From positions 40,384 through 104,383 of the forward strand of contig JAHEYB010000001.1 of the NCBI GenBank assembly GCA_023251805.1: a stretch of 64,000 nucleotides of DNA, given 5' to 3'. The notes under the pieces were generated by a model. The model made no database searches. It saw nothing but the letters and a program-made list of their open reading frames with translations, and was not told the DNA's origin. Position 1 is the first letter of the stretch; each line of letters opens with the position of its first letter. This document shows, one piece after another, positions 29,941-38,156 of the stretch. Source of the stretch: Bacteroidota bacterium. GTDB taxonomy: Bacteria > Bacteroidota > Bacteroidia > 2-12-FULL-35-15. Both the position numbers and the translations under genes were made by a program.

Positions 29941-30819
29941 ATGCAAATGAAATCGATGACTGGATTTGGCAAAGCAACTGCCGAAATCCCAGGTAAAAAA
30001 GTAACCGTAGAAATTCGTTCACTTAACAGCAAACAGCTGGATTTGAATTTGCGTTTGCCCTATCTTTATAAAGAAAAGGAATTGGAATTGCGTGCTGAAA
30101 TTTCTAAGCAAATTGAACGCGGAAAAGTAGATGTAACTGTTTTCACCGAAGCGACACAAGATTCATTACCTGTTGCCATCAACAAAACACTTGCAAAAAC
30201 ATATTACAAGGAGTTAAAAACATTGTGTGCAGAATTAGGTGAAAGCGATCAAAATTTATTAGCAATGGTCTTGAAAATGCCGGATGTGATGAAAGCAGAA
30301 CGCGAAGTGGTGGAGTTGGATGAGGAAGAGTGGAAACAAATAAAAGCAACAGTTGATAAAGCCATTGATGCATTTCAAAAGTTCAGAAGCGATGAAGGAA
30401 AAACATTGTCAAATGAATTTACTACCCGAATTGGATTAATTGATAATCTATTGGTAGAAGTGGTGAAGATGGATGCAGCGCGTGTTGAGAACATTCGCAC
30501 AAGAATAAAAAATAGCCTTTCGGAAGTTATTGAAAAAGAAAAAATTGACCAAAATCGCTTTGAGCAAGAGTTAGTGTATTATATCGAAAAATTAGATATT
30601 ACAGAAGAAAAGTTGAGATTGAAAACCCACATCGATTATTTTTTAAATACCATGAAAGAGCCTGTAAGTGGAAGAAAGCTTGGATTTATTTCTCAGGAAA
30701 TAGGGAGAGAAATAAATACCATTGGCTCCAAAGCAAATGACGCAAGTGTTCAAAAGCAGGTGGTGCAAATGAAAGATGAATTGGAAAAAATAAAAGAACA
30801 ACTTCTAAACGTCTTATAG
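29941..30819 (+). CDS. YicC-family protein
   Basis: 292 aa. MKSMTGFGKA N-terminus and C-terminal ..GREINTIGSKAND.. motif of YicC (TIGR00255). Precedes gmk, as in many bacteria. Confidence 0.8.
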   Translation: MQMKSMTGFGKATAEIPGKKVTVEIRSLNSKQLDLNLRLPYLYKEKELELRAEISKQIERGKVDVTVFTEATQDSLPVAINKTLAKTYYKELKTLCAELGESDQNLLAMVLKMPDVMKAEREVVELDEEEWKQIKATVDKAIDAFQKFRSDEGKTLSNEFTTRIGLIDNLLVEVVKMDAARVENIRTRIKNSLSEVIEKEKIDQNRFEQELVYYIEKLDITEEKLRLKTHIDYFLNTMKEPVSGRKLGFISQEIGREINTIGSKANDASVQKQVVQMKDELEKIKEQLLNVL

Positions 30820-30838
30820 TACGGATAACGAATAAATG

Positions 30839-30892
30839 CCCTTCGACTACGCTCAGGGTGACGTCCTAACCGTCAGTCTGAGCGTAGTCGAA
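30839..30892. repeat. Perfect-looking palindromic copy of the GTCACCCTGAGCGTAGTCGAAGG repeat family
   Basis: cccttcgactacgctcagggtgacg tcctaac cgtcagtctgagcgtagtcgaag. Two arms of about 22 nt in inverted orientation between yicC and gmk. Confidence 0.75.
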
Positions 30893-30922
30893 GACTAGGT
30901 AAACTAAAAGCATAAATAGAAC

Positions 30923-31486
30923 TTGAACGGTAAACTTATCATATTTTCAGCGCCATCAGGAGCGGGTAAAACAACCATTGTGCATCATCTGCTCAAGCAG
31001 ATTCCACAGTTGGAATTTTCTGTTTCTGCTACCAGCCGCCCAATGCGAAAAGATGAAACGTACGGAGTAGATTACTATTTTATTTCTGTGGACGAATTCA
31101 AAAAGAAAATTGAGAACGAAGAATTTGTTGAATGGGAAGAAGTGTACAAGGATAATTTCTACGGAACTTTAACAGCAGAAATTGAACGCATCTGGAAAAA
31201 AGGACATCACATTATTTTTGATATGGATGTAGTTGGTGGACTGAATTTGAAAAAACAATTTGGTGATCAAGCCTTGGCTATTTTTGTAATGCCTCCAAGC
31301 ATCGGACATTTAGAAGCACGTTTAAAAATGCGTGAAACAGAAACTCCGGAAAGCATTGCACGAAGACTAGGAAAAGCAGAAGTGGAATTAAAAACAGCCA
31401 ATCAATTTGATAAAATCATTTTAAACGATAAATTAGAAAATGCTTTTGCCGAAGCAGAGAAAGTAGTAGCCGAATTTTTAAAATAA
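30923..31486 (+). CDS. gmk: Guanylate kinase
   Basis: 187 aa. P-loop SAPSGAGKTT, SATSRPMR, YYF motifs. TTG start predicted. Confidence 0.9.
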   Translation: MNGKLIIFSAPSGAGKTTIVHHLLKQIPQLEFSVSATSRPMRKDETYGVDYYFISVDEFKKKIENEEFVEWEEVYKDNFYGTLTAEIERIWKKGHHIIFDMDVVGGLNLKKQFGDQALAIFVMPPSIGHLEARLKMRETETPESIARRLGKAEVELKTANQFDKIILNDKLENAFAEAEKVVAEFLK

Positions 31487-31578
31487 ATTCAGAAAGATTT
31501 TGTTAATGGATGAGCGGAGTCAACTCTGTGAAACTCATAAAACTCTGTCTCTCTGTGTTGAAAAACCTTAGAACGATT

Positions 31579-32619
31579 ATGCCCAAGATACTCACCATCG
31601 ATATACACACTCACATCCTTCCGGAGCACATTCCAAACTGGAAAGAAAAATTTGGTTACGGAGGATTTGTACAACTACAACACCACCAGCCTAACGGACT
31701 GGCAGGCAAACCGTGTTGTGCAAATATGATTTTGGATGACGGAAAATTTTTCAGAGAAGTAGAAGACAATTGTTGGAGTGCAGACAAACGCATGAATGAA
31801 TGCGATCATCATCATGTAGACGTACAAGTACTTTCTACTGTTCCTGTGATGTTCAGTTATTGGGCAAAACCACAAGATTGTCTGGAGCTTTCCGTTTTTT
31901 TAAATGACCACATTGCGGATATCGTAAAACGTTTTCCAAAACGATTTGTCGGACTGGGAACCATTCCATTACAATCTCCCGAACTGGCAATTCAAGAATT
32001 GAAACGATGTAAAGAAATTGGCTTAGCAGGAGTTCAAATTGGTTCTCACGTGAACGATTGGAATTTGAACGATGCAAATTTATTTCCTGTTTTTGAAGCC
32101 TGTGAAAAATTAGACATGGCAGTATTTGTTCATCCTTGGGATATGATGGGACAAGATAAAATGCAAAAGTATTGGTTGCCATGGTTGGTAGGAATGCCGG
32201 CCGAAACATCCTTAGCAATCTGTTCTATGATTTTTGGAGGGATATTTGAAAAATTACCAAACTTACGTGTAGCATTTGCGCACGGTGGTGGTTCTTTCCC
32301 TTCAACAGTTGGTCGCATCGAACACGGATTTAATTGTCGCCCCGATTTAGTTGCCGTTGACAATAACGTAAATCCCCGCGAATATTTAGGAAAATTTTGG
32401 ATTGATAGTTTGGTACACGATGATCAAATGTTGGATTATGTAGTTGGAATGTTTGGTGCCGACAAAGTAGCATTGGGAACAGATTATCCTTTTCCACTCG
32501 GAGAATTGGAGCCCGGAAAACTCATCAAAGAAATGCCCTACGAAAGAGAAGTAAAAGAATTGCTTTTAAACGGAGCAGCTTTGCAATGGCTGAATTTGAA
32601 AAAGGAGAAGTTTTTGTAG
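31579..32619 (+). CDS. Amidohydrolase-2 family protein (ACMSD-like decarboxylase)
   Basis: 346 aa from MPKILTIDIHTHILPE (metal-binding HxH), ..AFAHGGGSFP.., ..GTDYPFPLGE.. motifs typical of 2-amino-3-carboxymuconate-6-semialdehyde decarboxylase relatives. Confidence 0.75.
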   Translation: MPKILTIDIHTHILPEHIPNWKEKFGYGGFVQLQHHQPNGLAGKPCCANMILDDGKFFREVEDNCWSADKRMNECDHHHVDVQVLSTVPVMFSYWAKPQDCLELSVFLNDHIADIVKRFPKRFVGLGTIPLQSPELAIQELKRCKEIGLAGVQIGSHVNDWNLNDANLFPVFEACEKLDMAVFVHPWDMMGQDKMQKYWLPWLVGMPAETSLAICSMIFGGIFEKLPNLRVAFAHGGGSFPSTVGRIEHGFNCRPDLVAVDNNVNPREYLGKFWIDSLVHDDQMLDYVVGMFGADKVALGTDYPFPLGELEPGKLIKEMPYEREVKELLLNGAALQWLNLKKEKFL

Positions 32620-32666
32620 ACTTTTTTGATCATCACACCTGCACATCAACCAATCTGCACATCGGG

Positions 32667-34226
32667 TTAATGCATATGCGCACTACTAGCTTCATTCGCC
32701 ATGAGCTGATTGAATTTCTTCTGTTTAATTTCCATAAAGCTTTTCTTTTCAATTTTACTTTCCAGCCAAGAAATCAAATCAAATAAATTCAAAGCATTTT
32801 TTTCTATTTTGTTGGTGGTCAGCCCCTCAATGCTATTTTTCATTTGAATAAAATCCTTCGTGAGTTCTGCGGGTGTACGAGTTTTATTTTGTAAATCTTT
32901 GAAGAAAGCAATAATCTGTTTTTCGTAATTATAAAGTTTATTACGTTTCATTAATAAACGGTATGTTGAACGAATGCGCTTTTCCATCATCTCTTCATCA
33001 TGCATTTCAAAATAAATAATCAAACTTAAAATATGAGCGAAACAAAACAAATCACTTCTAAAATCTAAATCGGTATTGTGCAAAAGCAAATTGATGTTTT
33101 GGTTGGCAAGTTTGTATTCCCCTAAACCAATATAGATATAGGCCAATGCATAGTGATGTAATTGTTTTTCTTTTTGCAGCGTTTTTGTTTGTGGAAGTTG
33201 CGCGTATATTTTTTCTACTTTGTTTGCGATTTCCAAGGCTTTTTCAAACTGACCTGTTGGAATGTAAACAAACAACTTCAGGTTTTCGGTGAGCAGTTCG
33301 AAATTCCTGTTTAATTGTCCGTATTGCTCAACAAAACGATCCATACGCTCCAATGTGTCAAACAAATCGGCATACAACATTAGAGAAAGTTCATTTACTG
33401 CTTTGTTGCGCAATAATCCAATATAAGTAAACGGTTTTAATTCCAACATGTGTTTGTTGTCGTCCAATAACCGTACATTCTTTTTTAAAATTTCATTTGC
33501 TTGCCCTTGTTCGTTTATAGTGAACAAAAAATTTGCTTGCATTAAATTGCGATAGTACTGGGCATTAAATGTGTTCAACAGATTTTTATCATTGCTTTTG
33601 TCTTCGTTTGCAATTTTTTGAAATTCGATAACGTCTTCGTCATTTCGGGCTAGGCCAGTATATAATGCTTTTGCACGTAATTTTTGATAAAGATGTTTAT
33701 AGCCAATAATAATTTTTTTCTTTTCGATGGAATCATACAGCTCATCAAAATATTTGTTTACCAGTTTCAAATAATTTTCCGGAGTAGCTTCTTCTACCAG
33801 CAAAATAATTTCCCAATCAATAAGCTCTTCCATAAATTCATACAACTCATGTTCAAGAGCAGCAGCTTTTGATTTTAAAATCATTTTTTTAGCAAGAGTA
33901 GGAAGATTTTTATTGTATAGAATTTCAATTTGATTTAAAGCGCTTCGTAATTCACTTTTTACATTGTTGTTGTATGCCTCTAAGGATTTTAAAATAAACT
34001 TGAAAAGGTAGTTTTTGGCAACAGCAAAATTATTAAGAGTAGGTTCGCCTTTAAATTTCCTGATAATTTCCTTTTCATCATAAACTTTTTGTTTATCAAT
34101 GGCATCAAAAATCTTAATGTATTTGTTTTGTTCACCAATTACATGCAGCATAGCATGCTTCTTTATATAGCCTTTTTCGGGGGCCGATAAAGATTTGATA
34201 AGCTGATGCAAATGGTTTGCAGACAT
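32667..34226 (-). CDS. Conserved hypothetical protein, all-helical / TPR-like
   Basis: About 519 aa from MSANHLHQLIKSLSAPEKGYIKKHA... Long uninterrupted ORF with helical-repeat character. No catalytic motif recognised. Confidence 0.5.
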   Translation of the reverse strand: MSANHLHQLIKSLSAPEKGYIKKHAMLHVIGEQNKYIKIFDAIDKQKVYDEKEIIRKFKGEPTLNNFAVAKNYLFKFILKSLEAYNNNVKSELRSALNQIEILYNKNLPTLAKKMILKSKAAALEHELYEFMEELIDWEIILLVEEATPENYLKLVNKYFDELYDSIEKKKIIIGYKHLYQKLRAKALYTGLARNDEDVIEFQKIANEDKSNDKNLLNTFNAQYYRNLMQANFLFTINEQGQANEILKKNVRLLDDNKHMLELKPFTYIGLLRNKAVNELSLMLYADLFDTLERMDRFVEQYGQLNRNFELLTENLKLFVYIPTGQFEKALEIANKVEKIYAQLPQTKTLQKEKQLHHYALAYIYIGLGEYKLANQNINLLLHNTDLDFRSDLFCFAHILSLIIYFEMHDEEMMEKRIRSTYRLLMKRNKLYNYEKQIIAFFKDLQNKTRTPAELTKDFIQMKNSIEGLTTNKIEKNALNLFDLISWLESKIEKKSFMEIKQKKFNQLMANEASSAHMH

Positions 34227-34536
34227 AATAATATGATTCAGTTTAGAGACTGGGTTATACAAATATATCATTTGAAAGCAGAAAATCTAAATTTTTTTGC
34301 TTTAGCCCCGTTTTTGAGTGCTTTTTGCTTTTAGCCCAATATTTACTCAAAAATAGGCTTCGAAAACTTAATGATATGTTTGCATAAGAATAAGCTTCAA
34401 AAAATCTAAAAAGCCTGTTAATATTGAGTTGTGTTGGTTGTTACAGGTTAAAAATAGTTTCTTGCAGAGGACAAAAACCCCTTTCGAAGGCTTATTTTAT
34501 TCCAATTTTGGATTTGGATTTAAGGAATTATGATAC

Positions 34537-34686
34537 TATATTTGTTATGTAATAATAATTGATAGTCTCCCGACTACAATTCTATTACAAAAAGCTTGTT
34601 GTTGTGAAGGAGTAGCACAACAGTGTTTCATGTTTAGTTTTATCCAAATCCCGAAGTTCTGACAAGCTCTTCGGGATTTATTTTTG
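34537..34686 (+). ncRNA. Candidate small RNA (promoter box to intrinsic terminator, roughly 135 nt)
   Basis: TTG (34514-16), 20-nt spacer, TATATTTG (34537-44). Two internal hairpins follow (34549-34588; guugug/cacaac at about 34603-34626). Then an 11-bp terminator stem aaatcccgaag/cttcgggattt (34647-34678) plus a T-run. No ORF longer than 10 codons. Confidence 0.3.
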
Positions 34687-34986
34687 ACCCACTCCTAACC
34701 CCTCCCACAATGAGGGGAATTGATTCTCTGCAAAAAAATTTCGTATAATTCAGATTTAGACCTTCGTCACCCTGAGCGTAGTCGAAGGGTAGATCAATAG
34801 AACTTCAATAGATTTTTCGTTTAACTCGAAGCTTTTCACTCAGCGAATCTGCGGCTAGCCATTTTTGATAAGCCCCAATTTTCATTTGTCCACCAAAAAG
34901 CCCTTTCCGTCTAAAGCAGGATATAACATTTCAAACCAATGAAATAAAATCGTAAATTTGTGTATCATTAAAACCCAAACCATTTC

Positions 34987-36888
34987 ATGAGTGATGCAAT
35001 AAAACATGAGTGCGGAATAGCAATGATTCGATTGCTGAAACCGCTTGATTATTACATCAAAAAATACGGCAGTCCTCTTTATGGAGTAAATAAGTTGTAT
35101 TTGCTCATGGAAAAACAACACAATCGAGGGCAAGATGGAGCAGGAGTGGCGAATATTAAATTTGATGTTGTTCCCGGAACAAAATACATCAGCAGAACTA
35201 GAGCAGTTGGCAGTGGCGCAATCAAAGAAATCTTCGGAAAAATAAATTCCAGATTCGAAGACATCAACAAAAAAAACCCTGAAAAATTACAAGATGCAAA
35301 ATGGTTGAAGAAAAATCTTCCTTATACAGGAGAATTATTTTTAGGTCATTTACGTTATGGAACATTTGGTGGGAACAGTATTGAAAATTGTCATCCATTT
35401 TTGCGTCAGAACAATTGGATGACACGTAATTTAGTTGTTGCGGGAAATTTTAACCTTACAAATACCGATGAACTATTCGATCAGCTGGTTGAATTGGGAC
35501 AACATCCAAAAGAAAAAGCAGACACGGTTACTGTGATGGAAAAAATTGGACATTTTTTGGATGAAGAAAACGAACGTCTATTTAAAAAATATAAAAAGGA
35601 AGGGCATTCAAATGCAGAAATTTCTGTTTTGATTGCAGAAAATTTAGATGTTCAAACTATCTTAAAAGATGCGAGTAAAAAGTGGGATGGTGGTTATGCT
35701 ATGGCGGGGTTGTTCGGACACGGAGATGCATTTGTGTTGCGTGATCCAAGTGGAATTCGTCCGGTATTTTATTATTCGGATGATGAAATAGTTGTGGTGA
35801 CATCTGAGCGACCAGTAATTCAAACAGCATTTAATATTCCAATCGGAGAAGTAAAAGAGCTATCACCTGGCAGCGCACTCATCATAAAAAAAGATGGAAC
35901 ATTTGGTGAAAAAGAAATTATAGAGCCATTAGATAAAACATCTTGCTCTTTTGAACGAATTTATTTTTCTCGCGGAAGTGATGCTGATATTTATAAAGAA
36001 CGACAAAAATTAGGAAGCCAACTTTGCCCTTCTGTTTTAAAGTCCGTTGATTACGATTTAAAAAATACCGTTTTCTCCTATATTCCGAATACAGCAGAAG
36101 TGGCATTTGGCGGTTTAATTGAAGGATTACATCATTATGCAAACACTATCAAACGACATAAAATTTTACAAATGGGAAGTGCGGTTCGCGATCCTGAGTT
36201 GAGTGAAATACTTTCTATTCGTCCTCGTGTTCACAAAATTGCAATTAAAGATGCGAAACTAAGAACGTTTATTACGAATGATTCGCAACGCGATGATATG
36301 GTAGCTCACGTTTACGATACCACGTATGGTGTCATAAAAGAAGGAGTTGATAATTTGGTAATAGTGGATGATTCTATTGTTCGTGGTACAACATTAAAAC
36401 AAAGTATTTTAAAAATATTAGATCGTCTTGGACCTAAAAAAATTGTAGTCGTTTCTTCAGCTCCGCAAATTCGTTATCCCGATTGTTATGGAATTGACAT
36501 GGCTAAATTAGGCGATTTTATTGCTTTTCAAGCTGCAGTTCAATTGTTGAAAGATAATTTCAAAGAAAATTTGCTGGACGAATTGTATGAAAAAGCAAAA
36601 GCTCAGGAAGATCTTCCTAAAGAACAAATTGTAAATGTGGTAAAAGAAATATATGAACCATTTACAGCCGAACAAATTTCTCATAAAATTTCAGAACTGC
36701 TTCGCCCCGATACCATCAATGCGGAAGTGGAAATTATTTATCAATCCATTGAAGGTTTGCACAATGCCATTCCTAATCACAAAGGCGATTGGTACTTTAC
36801 TGGAAACTATCCAACAGCCGGTGGAAATAAAGTGGTAAACAAATCGTTCATCAACTTTATGGAAGGCAAAAACGTTAGAGCTTATTAA
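34987..36888 (+). CDS. purF: Amidophosphoribosyltransferase (long, Bacteroidota-type PurF)
   Basis: 633 aa. Propeptide then the Ntn Cys (..KHECGIAMI), and the PRTase motif VIVDDSIVRGTT. Confidence 0.9.
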   Translation: MSDAIKHECGIAMIRLLKPLDYYIKKYGSPLYGVNKLYLLMEKQHNRGQDGAGVANIKFDVVPGTKYISRTRAVGSGAIKEIFGKINSRFEDINKKNPEKLQDAKWLKKNLPYTGELFLGHLRYGTFGGNSIENCHPFLRQNNWMTRNLVVAGNFNLTNTDELFDQLVELGQHPKEKADTVTVMEKIGHFLDEENERLFKKYKKEGHSNAEISVLIAENLDVQTILKDASKKWDGGYAMAGLFGHGDAFVLRDPSGIRPVFYYSDDEIVVVTSERPVIQTAFNIPIGEVKELSPGSALIIKKDGTFGEKEIIEPLDKTSCSFERIYFSRGSDADIYKERQKLGSQLCPSVLKSVDYDLKNTVFSYIPNTAEVAFGGLIEGLHHYANTIKRHKILQMGSAVRDPELSEILSIRPRVHKIAIKDAKLRTFITNDSQRDDMVAHVYDTTYGVIKEGVDNLVIVDDSIVRGTTLKQSILKILDRLGPKKIVVVSSAPQIRYPDCYGIDMAKLGDFIAFQAAVQLLKDNFKENLLDELYEKAKAQEDLPKEQIVNVVKEIYEPFTAEQISHKISELLRPDTINAEVEIIYQSIEGLHNAIPNHKGDWYFTGNYPTAGGNKVVNKSFINFMEGKNVRAY

Positions 36889-36898
36889 TTAATATTCT

Positions 36899-37783
36899 CT
36901 AGTTTTTAATTTTGTCGTACACCCATACGCCAAAAAACGCTGTTCCCGATGCAAATAAAAGTATAAGCGTAAACAAACAATAATAATTGATTGTCCACTC
37001 CAAAGCTACTTTTGCACGATGCATAAAACTAATCGGAATAAATTTTCCTTCAACTATTGTCATGTGAACAGTGCAAAATTCATTCTCTGTATCAAAATCG
37101 CCTAAGGAAACCCCTAGCTCTTGCAATTGTTGTTCTATTTCTAAAATACGATTGCTCAAGGACATATATTCATCAATTTTCCCATCTTTATTTTGAAGCT
37201 CAATTAACACATTGCGTGTTTTTTCGAGAGAAGCTTTTTGTGCATTTAGATTGCGGTACTCATTTGTTTTATCAGTTTTGGTAACCTGAATAGATTTTAT
37301 ACTGCCGGTTTTTTTTAATTCAGCAAGCATCACATCAAAATTTTCAGGAGGAACTCCAATCGATAAATGTAGTTGTCGGCTACCCGGATTTCCTTCATTA
37401 TGTTCATATTGAATAAGGGAATTAAATTTTTTTACATATGCCCGTATATTTTTTTCGTCTTTTTCAAATTCAGCTGTTTTTGATTTCAACGAGGCAATCT
37501 TTTCAAATTTTTGTTCCGACCCTTGTGGAAGCGGAGCCGATGAAACTGCGTCACTAATTTCTTTTCCTTTCGATTCAGATTTAGAATAGCGCGTACTTGC
37601 ATAATTGCGCTTTAACATATCTCCCGATTCCATATTGTCAAAGAAATCGCTGATGTATTCATATTCTTCATTTCCTTTGGAGCTGCTATCAGAATATCCG
37701 TATATCAATCGGAAGGAATACAATACTACAAATCCAAGTAAAAATAATTTTACTATTCGAAAAATACGTTTTCTTTTGTCCAT
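36899..37783 (-). CDS. DUF4349-like membrane-anchored coiled-coil protein
   Basis: 294 aa. N-terminal TM, central coiled-coil (..NRILEIEQQLQELG..), C-terminal TM pair. Family assignment is from architecture only. Confidence 0.45.
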   Translation of the reverse strand: MDKRKRIFRIVKLFLLGFVVLYSFRLIYGYSDSSSKGNEEYEYISDFFDNMESGDMLKRNYASTRYSKSESKGKEISDAVSSAPLPQGSEQKFEKIASLKSKTAEFEKDEKNIRAYVKKFNSLIQYEHNEGNPGSRQLHLSIGVPPENFDVMLAELKKTGSIKSIQVTKTDKTNEYRNLNAQKASLEKTRNVLIELQNKDGKIDEYMSLSNRILEIEQQLQELGVSLGDFDTENEFCTVHMTIVEGKFIPISFMHRAKVALEWTINYYCLFTLILLFASGTAFFGVWVYDKIKN

Positions 37784-38156
37784 GTTTTGTGTTATTTATT
37801 TGTAAATGTATTGAACATCGTTATGCTTTTAAATTTAAGCGTGTTAATTTCTGTTAAACTCAAATCTTGCTTTGCTTTTCAATTGATTATGCTTAAATTT
37901 TTATGTCCAAACCCAAAATGCATATAAGTTCGAGGAGCTTACAAACGAATAAAACTCAGCTATTTATACAAAAAAACGCTAAAAATCGAGATTTATTTGC
38001 TTAAAAGAGGTTAATGGTCGTAGCATTAGCTTTCTTCATCGAATTGTTAATTAATAAGGGCTTTTTGTAGCAGATTTTTCAAGGAAATAGTACTAATTTC
38101 GCAGTCTGAATTTTTGAAAAATTAAGAATAAATATAAATTAAACCCCAACAAAAAA

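Noticed and set aside
34272-34986. Purine, ZTP or other riboswitch in the long purF upstream region
   Set aside because: I could not find the conserved cores of the purine (..UAUAAU..CCGACUAUG) or ZTP/pfl motifs. A strong terminator lies about 300 nt before purF, and the rest is repeat-family sequence. An Infernal scan would be needed for certainty.
37831-37900. 10-bp inverted repeat (aaatttaagc / gcttaaattt) upstream of the giant adhesin gene, considered as a possible invertible promoter
   Set aside because: The arms are short and AT-rich, so chance occurrence is likely in this composition. No site-specific recombinase gene is nearby.
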